Below are positions 46,005-54,714 of a stretch of DNA of 64,000 nucleotides, one piece after another. The stretch comes from a virus: positions 107,910 through 171,909 of the IMG/VR virus record IMGVR_UViG_3300045912_000789; one strand, given 5' to 3'. The notes beneath the pieces are model-generated. The model saw only the letters and a program-made list of their open reading frames with translations. It was not told the origin of the DNA and did not search any database. The translations under genes were made by a program, and so were the position numbers. Each line of letters begins with the position of its first letter. Positions within the stretch are counted from its first letter, which is position 1.

Positions 46005-46242
46005 TCTCGGGGAGGAGTGGGCCCTGAACAACCGCATCCCCTGCAAGGCCTTCCCCGTGGAGGGCTTCGAGTGGGAGCGGAGAAAGAAGGCCGGCCTCGA
46101 TCGGAACGTGCGCATGGCGCACTACGCCGACGCGCTGATCGCGGTCTGGGACGGAGTCTCGTCCGGCACCAAGCACATGATCGACACGATGCGTGCGCTG
46201 GGTAAGCTGGTCTACGTGTACGTCTACGACCCCAACCGATAG
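45883..46242 (+). CDS. YspA-like SLOG protein (DUF2493)
   Basis: RVIIAGSR, VVSGGA.GVD.LGE.WA, AG..RN..MA, WDG.S.GT.HMI. Confidence 0.88.
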   Translation: MRVIIAGSRSIKEMDVLKEAIRLSNYEITEVVSGGAGGVDSLGEEWALNNRIPCKAFPVEGFEWERRKKAGLDRNVRMAHYADALIAVWDGVSSGTKHMIDTMRALGKLVYVYVYDPNR

Positions 46243-46251
46243 GAGAACGAC

Positions 46252-46653
46252 ATGGGTGACCATCGACAGTTCGTCGAACCTTCCACGATCGCCGAGGCCA
46301 TCAGCCGCAAGCGGACGCTGGAGCGCGACATCTGGAACATCGAGCGCCAGCTCGCCGAGCCCCTGCGCGAGCAGGAGGGGAAGCCGCTGGACAAGAAGCA
46401 GTACCGTTCCTGGCGCTCGAAGGCCCACAGCAGCCTCGCCTTCAAGAAGGCGGAGCAGGCCTTCCTGAAGGACTGGATCACCGAGCGTCGACGGTCCATC
46501 GAGGCCAACAAGCTGGGGATCTTCGACCCGAACGATCCCAGAGAGCTGCTCGTGAAGACGCGGGTGGCGCTCAAGAAGGCCCTAGCCGGAGACGATCTGG
46601 AGCTGGGCCAGCTCTACAACATGATCGATCAGTTCCTCCAGCACGCAGCCTGA
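46252..46653 (+). CDS. hypothetical protein
   Basis: AGGAG RBS. Confidence 0.7.
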   Translation: MGDHRQFVEPSTIAEAISRKRTLERDIWNIERQLAEPLREQEGKPLDKKQYRSWRSKAHSSLAFKKAEQAFLKDWITERRRSIEANKLGIFDPNDPRELLVKTRVALKKALAGDDLELGQLYNMIDQFLQHAA

Positions 46654-46679
46654 CCGAACCGAACCAAACGAGGAGAGAC

Positions 46680-47006
46680 GTGGACGCCATCACCAGATTC
46701 AACCTGCGGGGGATCGCCCGCCACACCAAGGGGCTCGTGAAGCACCTCCTGGGGCTGACGCGCCCCATCACCCAGGAGGAGCTGGAGCGCTCGACCGCGG
46801 CGTGGCATCAGCCGCCGGACCCCGGGCACCCGATCGAGCTGTGCCAGTGCGTCGACAAGATGGCGCCTCCGGACATGCACAACGAGGGCTGCCCCTGGGC
46901 CGCGGCGATGTGCAGGACGTGCCACGGCGACGGGTACTGCCCGAACTGCATGGGAGACGGCACGGAGCCGAAGGCTCCGTCGCCCGATCTCGTGGAGGTA
47001 CCCTGA
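46680..47006 (+). CDS. Zn-finger hypothetical protein
   Basis: CRTCHGDG.CPNCMGDG. Confidence 0.65.
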   Translation: MDAITRFNLRGIARHTKGLVKHLLGLTRPITQEELERSTAAWHQPPDPGHPIELCQCVDKMAPPDMHNEGCPWAAAMCRTCHGDGYCPNCMGDGTEPKAPSPDLVEVP

Positions 47007-47494
47007 TGAAGGAGGCCCTTCAGTACCTGCGAGGACTGAGGGGCCACCTGTACCAGGTGCCCCTGATCGCCTTCGTAGGTCACGTCTGTCGAACCTGGTA
47101 CGCCGACGAGAACACGACGTGTGCGGTCATGGAGATCCTGCGCAGCGAGCGCATGTTCCAACCGGTGCACACGAAGCCCACCGGCTTCGACCTGATGGTG
47201 AGCAAGATCGCCGGGTACCTCGGGCTGGTGGGGTTCGAGGTCGCCCCGGCGGGACAGGACAAGGAGGGCCGCACCATCCGCGATCCCGGCATGTTGGATG
47301 GGGTGGCGTTCGTGGTGGCCTTCCCGGTGGAGAAGCCGCCGAAGACGGACGAGTTCGGGAAGCCGGTGAAGTCCGCGGTCGAGAAGCTCGACTGGAGAAC
47401 GGCTGATCCCGAGCTGGCCAAGACGATCGAAGCCATGGGCATCCCAGTGCTCGTGGTGTACCGAACTGGCGAGACCCAGTGGATCTCGCAATGA
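47006..47494 (+). CDS. hypothetical protein
   Basis: GGAGGT RBS; TGATG coupling. Confidence 0.65.
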   Translation: MKEALQYLRGLRGHLYQVPLIAFVGHVCRTWYADENTTCAVMEILRSERMFQPVHTKPTGFDLMVSKIAGYLGLVGFEVAPAGQDKEGRTIRDPGMLDGVAFVVAFPVEKPPKTDEFGKPVKSAVEKLDWRTADPELAKTIEAMGIPVLVVYRTGETQWISQ

Positions 47495-47505
47495 GGAGAG
47501 ACACG

Positions 47506-48306
47506 ATGACCCTGATCCCGATCGACGAGTTCAAGAAGCTGAAGCGCGACGACATGTTCGTGAAGCTCGCGGCCAGCGCCCCCGACCTGGTGAAGGGGAA
47601 GACCCGCGCCAAGAAGGAGGAGCTGGTCGAGATCTACGAGACCCTGCTCAAGCAGACCGAGCTGAGCAACGAGGTGATCGACGAGGTCATCGCGGAGGAG
47701 AAGGACATCCACACGCAGGCGGCCGAGGAGGCGTTCAGGACGCACACCGAGACGGGTCGCTTCCCGTCGGACGAGCCCAACCTCGCGAACACCCCGCTGC
47801 GCACGGAGGAGGCGAAGGAGCTGCGGGACGCATTTGCGGAGCCCCTGGCCATCCCCGCGGACTTCACCGAGATCGAGAGCCGCATCGCGGCGTCGATGAT
47901 GCCGGTCGAGCCGTCCGAGCAGGAGAAGCGGATGGCCCAGGCCATGGGGCTCGGCGGGCTTGCTCAGGCGTCCATGGACGCCTACGACCGCGAGAAGCCC
48001 TACGGCGGTGGGATCCCGAAGAACACCGCGGTGCTCTCCGATCACGAGCACGTCGTGGGGGTTACGGGCGACCGCTCCATGGTCACCGACATGCCCGTGG
48101 GCGTCGTGGTCAGCCGCAAGGCGCAGGTCGAGCGCGAGCTGGCGAAGCTGAAGCACCCCCAGCTCGTCCTGATCGCCACGTACAAGCACGTGCCGAAGAA
48201 CGGGAACCGTCGGCAGCGCAAGCTGGCGGAGAGCCTGCTGAAGCGGGTGCGGAAGTTCCTGCCCAAGGGCATCACGATCGACGAGGCGATGGCGGTGCTC
48301 CCGTGA
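47506..48306 (+). CDS. hypothetical protein with Rho-N-like N-terminal motif
   Basis: FKKLKRDD...KKEELVE; GAGGAG RBS. Confidence 0.6.
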   Translation: MTLIPIDEFKKLKRDDMFVKLAASAPDLVKGKTRAKKEELVEIYETLLKQTELSNEVIDEVIAEEKDIHTQAAEEAFRTHTETGRFPSDEPNLANTPLRTEEAKELRDAFAEPLAIPADFTEIESRIAASMMPVEPSEQEKRMAQAMGLGGLAQASMDAYDREKPYGGGIPKNTAVLSDHEHVVGVTGDRSMVTDMPVGVVVSRKAQVERELAKLKHPQLVLIATYKHVPKNGNRRQRKLAESLLKRVRKFLPKGITIDEAMAVLP

Positions 48307-48485
48307 GCATCGAGCGGATGAAGAAGCTGATGGCGGATCTGGAGAAGATCAACCGTCAGCGCCACTTCGACATGGCCCCGGCGGTTTCGCCTCCGGGGCC
48401 TACGTCTCCCAGGGCCAGGCGGCCTTGGGAGACCGGCCCGATCACTACCGACTACCTACCTGTATCGAACCGGAGCACTTCATGA
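48303..48485 (+). CDS. small hypothetical protein
   Basis: Coupled at both ends. Confidence 0.45.
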   Translation: MSIERMKKLMADLEKINRQRHFDMAPAVSPPGPTSPRARRPWETGPITTDYLPVSNRSTS

Positions 48486-49012
48486 GAGACAGCATCCCCG
48501 TCAGCCAGAAGCACGGCGTCAACCCGTCCGTGCAGATCTGCTTCTACTGCAAGAAGGCGATCGGAGTCGCCCTCTTCGGGAAGCTCCACGCCGGCAAGGT
48601 GAAGGAGATGTTCGGCGAGGAGTTCGCGAAGAGCGCTCCCCGTGCGGCCGACCCCAACGACATCGAGGCGCCTCGCGAGGTGGTGCTGGATCTGGAGCCC
48701 TGCGAGGGCTGCACGGTCTTCTACCCCCACTCCAAGCACGGGGTCTTCCTGATCGAGTGCGACGAGCGTGACGTCGAGGTTCGGGAGCACGGTCGGAGGG
48801 TCCTGAAGAGGATCCCGCAGCCGACCGGGAACTTCGTCGTCATGAAGGACGAGGCGATCAAGCGCATCTTCCAGCCGGGGAAGCTGGTCGAGGACGTCCT
48901 GAAGAAGCGGATCGCGCAGATGGACCGCGAGACCTGGGCGATGCTGGGCCTGAACGACGCTCCGGAGAAGCTGATCGAGCCCGAGGGCGGGACCGGACCG
49001 AGCCCGGACTGA
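48482..49012 (+). CDS. phage Zn-binding hypothetical protein
   Basis: KHGVNPS...CFYC...ALFGKL...EAP...EPCEGC. Confidence 0.7.
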   Translation: MRDSIPVSQKHGVNPSVQICFYCKKAIGVALFGKLHAGKVKEMFGEEFAKSAPRAADPNDIEAPREVVLDLEPCEGCTVFYPHSKHGVFLIECDERDVEVREHGRRVLKRIPQPTGNFVVMKDEAIKRIFQPGKLVEDVLKKRIAQMDRETWAMLGLNDAPEKLIEPEGGTGPSPD

Positions 49013-49015
49013 CGG

Positions 49016-49048
49016 CAGGGGCTCCCCGGGTGACCGGGCGAGCCCCTG
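49016..49048 (+). terminator. stem-loop
   Basis: CAGGGGCTC-CCCGG..CCGGG-C-GAGCCCCTG. Confidence 0.6.
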
Positions 49049-49081
49049 ATCGTTTGCCTGTCAAACAGGCCCCGGAATCCC

Positions 49082-49088
49082 CTATGAG
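49082..49088 (+). promoter_or_regulatory. CTATNAG element (CTATGAG)
   Basis: Upstream of 49109. Confidence 0.65.
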
Positions 49089-49108
49089 CAGGTACAAGGA
49101 GAAAGATC

Positions 49109-50227
49109 ATGCGAACCATCACCATCATGTTCATGCTCACGCTACTGATCGGCTGCGGTGAGCAGTCGGTCGTTCCCATGACCGACGCCGGCGTGATCGG
49201 CGACGGTTCCGTCCAGGAGGATGCCGATGCGGCAGAGGAAGCTGACGCGGGAGATCGAGACAGCTCGACGCCGGACGCGGGGACGCCTGACAGCGGAACT
49301 CGTTCGGATGCCGGCCGCGACAGCGGCACGGACAGCGGCATGCCGGATGCCGGCACGCCGGACTCCAGCACGCCTGGAGACGCGGGGACCGACAGCTCGG
49401 TTCCCGACGCCGGCACTGACGCGGCGGTAGACGCCGGCCCGCCGCGCCCCGTGGGTGCTGCGGTCGACGTCTCTGGCTCGCGTTGCGCGCTGGACAGCGC
49501 TGGCTCGGTGTGGTGCTGGGGCCGTTGGACGCCCGTCGAGGACGTGCGCCTGATGGGTGCCGGCTTCGATAGCGTCTCGGGCTCCTGCGCGCTCCGCGGC
49601 AGCGAGGTCTGGTGCGCCGAGTTCACCACCGAGACCATGGTCCCGGTGATCGAGGGCTCGGCAACGCTGGAGGTCGATACGATCTCCGAGTACAGCGACC
49701 TGGCCCGCGGCTGCGGCCATCGCCTGACCCCGGAGGGCTGGGGCGAGGCGGTGTGCTGGACCGACGGTGGCAGCGTCGCCCGCGAGGGCGGCACCGGGGC
49801 CACCCTCGTGGCGGTCTCGGCGACCAGCCCGCGCGAGGTCTCCGCCATCGGCGGCTCGTGGGAGGCGTACGATGTCAACCCGCCGAGCACGTGCCGCAGC
49901 GATGGCACCCGAGCGTCGTGCGTGCGAGACACCGGCGGGTCGTACGACGCGGCGCGGCCCGCGGGTGACCACTACACCTTGGGCTTCGGCATGAGCTGCG
50001 CGCACAACGCAGGCATGACGACGTGCTCGACCGCCATCGCGGGTCTCTCGACGGCCTACGTCGACGACGGGACCTTCCACGACCAGTCGGTCTCCTGGCC
50101 GATCGGAACGTGGTCGACGGTCGGCGGCGTGCCGCGCTACCACGAGGCGCGCGGCATCTGCATCAGCGGGAACACCCTGCGGTGCTACGAGGACAGCGGC
50201 GCGCTGGCGTACACTGTGAACTGGTGA
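49109..50227 (+). CDS. lipoprotein with (P)DAG/DSG repeat linker and RCC1-like Cys-rich domain
   Basis: Lipobox LLIG-C; repeated PDAGT/DSGT; CALDSAGSVWCWG. Confidence 0.75.
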   Translation: MRTITIMFMLTLLIGCGEQSVVPMTDAGVIGDGSVQEDADAAEEADAGDRDSSTPDAGTPDSGTRSDAGRDSGTDSGMPDAGTPDSSTPGDAGTDSSVPDAGTDAAVDAGPPRPVGAAVDVSGSRCALDSAGSVWCWGRWTPVEDVRLMGAGFDSVSGSCALRGSEVWCAEFTTETMVPVIEGSATLEVDTISEYSDLARGCGHRLTPEGWGEAVCWTDGGSVAREGGTGATLVAVSATSPREVSAIGGSWEAYDVNPPSTCRSDGTRASCVRDTGGSYDAARPAGDHYTLGFGMSCAHNAGMTTCSTAIAGLSTAYVDDGTFHDQSVSWPIGTWSTVGGVPRYHEARGICISGNTLRCYEDSGALAYTVNW

Positions 50228-50230
50228 TCC

Positions 50231-50266
50231 ATCGGGGCTCCCGGCTTCGGCCGGTTGAGCCCCGAT
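50231..50266 (+). terminator. stem-loop with cTTCGg loop
   Basis: ATCGGGGCTC-CCGGC-TTCG-GCCGG-TT-GAGCCCCGAT. Confidence 0.7.
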
Positions 50267-50275
50267 CTCTTGCTC

Positions 50276-50282
50276 CTATCAG
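50276..50282 (+). promoter_or_regulatory. CTATNAG element (CTATCAG)
   Basis: Upstream of 50299. Confidence 0.65.
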
Positions 50283-50298
50283 CCTGTGGAGGCTCTGC

Positions 50299-50811
50299 AT
50301 GAAGGAAGAAGATGCCGCCAGGATCTTCAAGGCGGCCAGTTCCATCGGCTGGATGTTCGAGATCGATCTGCTGGGGGACGAGTCTATCGTCCCCCTTCCC
50401 GGTCCTGGGGGTGAGGGGGACTATCGCCTCTCGGATTCCGAGCACATCGTTCACGAGCTGGCACACGTGGTTCTCTACGGGCTAGATCTCTACCCCGCGG
50501 ACACCGCGATGATCCGGCTGAGCGACTACTGCCGGGAGCTGCCCGAGCAGGAGCAGCGGGTCAACGAGCTGGAGACTTTCTCGGTAACGGCCGAGGTGAT
50601 GCGGCAACTCGGTGTCGAGATCGAGGATGGCGTGTACACCGACTCGATGGAGATCGCGATCCACGGAATCGAGGTGCCGGAGGGCTACGACTACCCCGAG
50701 CGTCGGCGGCAGGCGTGGATCATGGAGCAGTTCAGAACGTTCCATCAGACCGAGCGCGGACGGGCCGCGGTCGAGAAGCTGATGGGTCTGATGAGGAGCG
50801 CAGGAGCATGA
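50299..50811 (+). CDS. HExxH-motif protein
   Basis: IVHELAHVV; GGAGG RBS. Confidence 0.6.
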   Translation: MKEEDAARIFKAASSIGWMFEIDLLGDESIVPLPGPGGEGDYRLSDSEHIVHELAHVVLYGLDLYPADTAMIRLSDYCRELPEQEQRVNELETFSVTAEVMRQLGVEIEDGVYTDSMEIAIHGIEVPEGYDYPERRRQAWIMEQFRTFHQTERGRAAVEKLMGLMRSAGA

Positions 50812-50960
50812 CGAAGGAGGAGCTGAAGAAGAAGATCGAGGAGGCGCTGGTGCCGTGTGCGGCCTGCTGCCTGGACGACGAACGAGACCACAAGAGGGTG
50901 GTCGATGCGCTGGTGCGCGCGCTGCACCCTCTCGTAGAAGGGAAAGAGCAGGCACGATGA
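50808..50960 (+). CDS. small hypothetical protein
   Basis: AGGAG RBS; coupled. Confidence 0.55.
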   Translation: MTKEELKKKIEEALVPCAACCLDDERDHKRVVDALVRALHPLVEGKEQAR

Positions 50961-51508
50961 ACATCAACGAGTGGGCGACCCACGTTCACCAGCTCGCCGT
51001 CGAGAAGGGCTGGTGGGAGAAGCAGATCAAGGAGGGCAAGGTCGATCCCGAGCTGGTGAAGGAGAAGGTCCCGGAGAAGCTGAACCTCATCCATGATGAG
51101 ATCTCTGAGGGCTCGGGCGAGGCCCGGCAGGATCTGTGGGACACCTACTGGAACCTGCGGGACGGCCGCATCACCCTCGGCGAGATCAAGAAGTACGTGG
51201 ACGATGCCTGGGAGGGCGACGGGAACGCCCAGGTCGAGATCATGCGGCTCATCCACCAGGCGGGCATGGACGCGAAGGCGCTGCCTGCGCCCATCTCGAC
51301 CATGGACCGCAGCGTGTTCTTCACGCAGCTCGTCCACCACATCAACCTGCGGTACAAGCCGGAGGGGTTCGGGATCGAGGTGATCGACGGCGTCATCCGG
51401 AGCCTCGATCTCCTCGAAGCGCTTGGCTACAACACCGAGGCGCTCATGGCAATGAAGCACACCTACAACAAGACCCGGCCGCATCGGCACGGCAACAAGA
51501 GGTTCTGA
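50957..51508 (+). CDS. MazG-like nucleotide pyrophosphohydrolase
   Basis: H..A.EKGWW; LIHDEISE..E; E.ID.VIR.LD; YNKTRP.RHGNK. Confidence 0.8.
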   Translation: MNINEWATHVHQLAVEKGWWEKQIKEGKVDPELVKEKVPEKLNLIHDEISEGSGEARQDLWDTYWNLRDGRITLGEIKKYVDDAWEGDGNAQVEIMRLIHQAGMDAKALPAPISTMDRSVFFTQLVHHINLRYKPEGFGIEVIDGVIRSLDLLEALGYNTEALMAMKHTYNKTRPHRHGNKRF

Positions 51509-52164
51509 TGATCTACGTGAACTTCGATCTGGAGACGACGGGACCGTCTCCGGACAAGAACGCCATCCTTCAGATCGGTGCAGTCGCCCACGACTCGTCG
51601 AGCTGGGCGGAGATCGGGCACTTCAGTGGCAACATCGCCATCCCGCCGAACCGCGAGTGGGACCCCGAGACTCGCACGTGGTGGGAGACCGACGAAGAGG
51701 CCGGCAAGGACAAGCTGGAGCTGGTGATGCAGAGCCCGTGGTCCACCGGCTGGGCCATGAAGGCCTTCTTCGACTGGCTGATCTACCTGCCGAACTGCCA
51801 GCTCACGACGACGTCGGACCGGCGCATCGCGTTCGTCGCCAATCCGATCGCCTACGACATGCCCTTCCTTCGGTCGTACATGCGCGAGTACGTCGGCGCG
51901 ACGTGGGAAGAGTGGGCTCAGGCGAACAAGGCCGGGCTCGGGGGCATCGACCTGCCCACCCTGGCGATGTGCGTCATGGGCGCCGACACCCGAGACGACA
52001 TCCCGGCCTATCCCGACGCTCGTCGTCGGATGTGGCCTGAGCGGTGGTCCCCCAAGGGCCTGCCGCACACGCACGTCGCGATCGACGATGCCCGTCACCA
52101 GGCCTTCGCCTTCATCTCGATGATGCGTGAGCTGGAGGAGATCCGTTCGAGGAGGATGTTCTGA
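51508..52164 (+). CDS. DEDDh 3'-5' exonuclease
   Basis: FDLETTG, YDMPFL, H.AIDDA..QA. Confidence 0.85.
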   Translation: MIYVNFDLETTGPSPDKNAILQIGAVAHDSSSWAEIGHFSGNIAIPPNREWDPETRTWWETDEEAGKDKLELVMQSPWSTGWAMKAFFDWLIYLPNCQLTTTSDRRIAFVANPIAYDMPFLRSYMREYVGATWEEWAQANKAGLGGIDLPTLAMCVMGADTRDDIPAYPDARRRMWPERWSPKGLPHTHVAIDDARHQAFAFISMMRELEEIRSRRMF

Positions 52165-52421
52165 TGGCTCGCGTCCCCAAGATCACGGTGGACCCCGAGA
52201 TGAGTCGCCGCTGGGAGGAGGACGCACGGCGCGGTCGGATCCCCCGACCGGAACCCAGGCCGAAGAAGACCACGCCCTGGCAGCGGTGGAAGACGCCGAT
52301 TCTCTTCCTGCTCGCTTCGTTGTTCTTCGAGGTGGGCTGGGTGCTCAGCTCCTGGCACCACGCCCAGCCTTCGACGTACACGATCTGTCCGGAGTGCCTT
52401 CCCTGCCAGGAGACCCCGTGA
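52164..52421 (+). CDS. small membrane protein
   Basis: One hydrophobic helix; C-terminal CPEC..C. Confidence 0.55.
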   Translation: MARVPKITVDPEMSRRWEEDARRGRIPRPEPRPKKTTPWQRWKTPILFLLASLFFEVGWVLSSWHHAQPSTYTICPECLPCQETP

Positions 52422-53026
52422 TCATCATCGGCGCAGACGAGAGTGGAACCGGGGCGTGGGCGGGTCCCTTCACCGTCTGCGCCGTAGCGGTCTTCGAGCA
52501 GCATCAACAGCGTCTCGTGGACCTCGGCGCGAAGGACTCGAAGTCGCTGTCGGACAAGAAGCGGCGCAGCATCATGGATGCGCTGATCGATGAAGTGCTG
52601 GTGGGCAAGGTGGAGATCGGTACGGCAGCCGGTATCCACAAGCTGGGGAAGCAGGCGGTGTGGAGGGTGGCGATGACGAACGCCATCCTTCATGTCTCGA
52701 AGATCGTGGGCCGAGCTCACATCGTCGTGGACGGGGTCCGCGATCCCGGGCTCGAACGTGCGCTCAGGGTTCACGGGGTCGCCGGGCTCACCTTCATGCC
52801 GAAGGCCGACGCGAAGGTGCCCGCGGTGAGCGCCGCCAGCATCATCGCGAAGACCGTCCGAAACGACATGATGATCGCGCTGCACGAAGAGTACCCCGAG
52901 TACAACTGGAAGGTGAATGCGGGGTACGGATCGGAAGAGCACGATGTGGCGCTGAAGAAGTACGGGAAGACGATCCACCACCGGCCGTGGAAGAACCTGA
53001 TCGACATCCCGATGCGCCGTTCGTGA
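52418..53026 (+). CDS. rnhB: ribonuclease HII
   Basis: GADESGTG.WAGP, DSK.L, VDG, KAD....VSAASIIAK..R, GYG...H. Confidence 0.93.
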   Translation: MIIIGADESGTGAWAGPFTVCAVAVFEQHQQRLVDLGAKDSKSLSDKKRRSIMDALIDEVLVGKVEIGTAAGIHKLGKQAVWRVAMTNAILHVSKIVGRAHIVVDGVRDPGLERALRVHGVAGLTFMPKADAKVPAVSAASIIAKTVRNDMMIALHEEYPEYNWKVNAGYGSEEHDVALKKYGKTIHHRPWKNLIDIPMRRS

Positions 53027-53036
53027 TCTGGACAAG

Positions 53037-53116
53037 ACGTGCTGGGTAGCGTACGAAGGTGAGCACATCTTCGATGCCCACCAGGGCGTCCGCGCGTTCC
53101 CAGCACGTAAGTGCTG
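53037..53116 (+). ncRNA. candidate structured cis-regulatory RNA
   Basis: 10-bp basal stem enclosing two hairpins, plus a competing GNRA hairpin. Confidence 0.5.
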
Positions 53117-53137
53117 AGATCGAAAGGAGAATGGAAG

Positions 53138-53815
53138 ATGAACAAGATGATCAAGTGGCTCGTCCTCATCGGAGGCATCCTGACCTTCAGCCCGGATGCC
53201 GCGCTCGCGCAGGAGGAGCCGGCCATCGAGTGGACCGACTCGACACGACTCGCACTGGGCCAGTGCCTCGTCGGTGAGGCAGGCTGGAGGAACCGCACCG
53301 AGCATGCGATCATGGCGCACCTCCTGGAGCGCCGGTGGCGCAACGTGCGGCGAAGCCGGCCGTCGTACACGTTCGAGCAGATGGTGCGGCGGTACTGCGC
53401 GGTGCATCGGGTCCGCGAGCCCTCGGAGCGACAGCGGTGGGTGCGCGCGCTGCCGTGGGGTGAGCTGACCGAAGATCCTGGCATGGGCGACAGCACGAAC
53501 TGGCGCAACTACATCCCCGCGTGGGACTTCGTCCGGGAGACGGTCGCGCTGTTCGAGGCCGACACGCTTCCCGATCCGATGCCCTCGGCCGAGCACTGGG
53601 GCGGCCACATGGATGGGGTTCCGGTCGGCGGTGTCCTCCTCGCGCGCGTGGTGAGCAGCGTGATGGACGCCGGCGAGCGGGTGAGCCTCCACAACTACTT
53701 CTACCGAATCGACCCGGAGATCGCCCGGAGGTACCGCGCAGCGCGCCGAGCAGTGGAAGCCGGCCGCGAAGGCACCATCCCGGCGGAGATCGCGGCAGGC
53801 CGCGGTCGAACCTGA
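53138..53815 (+). CDS. secreted SleB/Hydrolase_2-like cell-wall hydrolase
   Basis: Signal peptide ending ALA-Q; LGQCLVGEAG...AIMAHLLERR. Confidence 0.55.
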   Translation: MNKMIKWLVLIGGILTFSPDAALAQEEPAIEWTDSTRLALGQCLVGEAGWRNRTEHAIMAHLLERRWRNVRRSRPSYTFEQMVRRYCAVHRVREPSERQRWVRALPWGELTEDPGMGDSTNWRNYIPAWDFVRETVALFEADTLPDPMPSAEHWGGHMDGVPVGGVLLARVVSSVMDAGERVSLHNYFYRIDPEIARRYRAARRAVEAGREGTIPAEIAAGRGRT

Positions 53816-53835
53816 CCTCAACCGGAGCGGAACGA

Positions 53836-53867
53836 GAGGGGCGGTGCTGCTGAGCGCCGCCCCTTTT
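53836..53867 (+). terminator. intrinsic terminator
   Basis: AGGGGCGGTGCT-GCTG-AGCGCCGCCCCT-TTT. Confidence 0.75.
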
Positions 53868-53886
53868 CGTTTGCTAGAGTGATCAC

Positions 53887-54687
53887 GTGGCCAAGAACGA
53901 GAGCATCAGGCACGACTACAAGGCGGAGCGGGATCTCTGCTCTCTCCTGTCGGAACGAGCGCTCGAACAGGGGTGGAGGGTCTTCCCCGAGACCGGATCT
54001 CACGACCTGCTCCTCGTCGCTGGCGAGGACGTGAAGACGATGAACGCCCGCCCCGGCGATCAGATCGGCGTGCAGGCGAAGCTCCACGCGAACATCGAGG
54101 TGCTGGCGCAGGCGATGCCAGACCCGTGGGCGGAGACCGGCCCCCACTTCCACGCCGTACTCGTTCCTGTGGCGGTGCGCGAGTTCACGTCTGTGGCGGG
54201 TCGATGTGGCATCCTCGTGATGGAGGCCACCAAGCGGATCTACGATCACGGGGCGAGGAAGTGGGTGCGCGTGAGGGGAATCGATCACGAGCTGCGGTAC
54301 CTGCTTCCCAGCATGCGCCACTACTACGACGAGATGACGTGGCATCCCGAGGTCGAGATCCTCGTGCCCGCCGGAGTGAAGAGTCCGCGACGCGTCACGC
54401 CCTGGAAGATCGATGCCGTGCGACTGTGCCTGGAGGCGGAGAAGAAGGGCTTCCTCACCACAGCCGACTTCGGCCATGCCCGGGTGTCCATGACGGTCTG
54501 GCGGCAGAAGGGCTGGATCGAGCCCACAGGAGAGAAGATCGGCCGCAGCAAGAAATACCGACTGGTGGACAGCGCCAACCCGCCTCATCTGCGATGGCCG
54601 GAGATCGCCGAGCGTCTCAGGGCTGACGACGACGAAGACGAGAAGCTCAGCCGACGCCAACAGCGACGTATCGGAGTGATCTCCTGA
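53887..54687 (+). CDS. PD-(D/E)xK-like phage protein
   Basis: VFPET..HDLLLV...QIGVQAK. Confidence 0.5.
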   Translation: MAKNESIRHDYKAERDLCSLLSERALEQGWRVFPETGSHDLLLVAGEDVKTMNARPGDQIGVQAKLHANIEVLAQAMPDPWAETGPHFHAVLVPVAVREFTSVAGRCGILVMEATKRIYDHGARKWVRVRGIDHELRYLLPSMRHYYDEMTWHPEVEILVPAGVKSPRRVTPWKIDAVRLCLEAEKKGFLTTADFGHARVSMTVWRQKGWIEPTGEKIGRSKKYRLVDSANPPHLRWPEIAERLRADDDEDEKLSRRQQRRIGVIS

Positions 54688-54691
54688 TCCG

Positions 54692-54698
54692 CTATCAG
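54692..54698 (+). promoter_or_regulatory. CTATNAG element (CTATCAG)
   Basis: Upstream of 54715. Confidence 0.65.
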
Positions 54699-54714
54699 CG
54701 GGTGAGGAGACGCC

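Noticed and set aside
49180-49440. Short DNA repeats resembling an array (also 7465-7535)
   Set aside because: In-frame peptide repeats (PDAG, DAPEA) with no repeat-spacer structure; no CRISPR array seen in the window.
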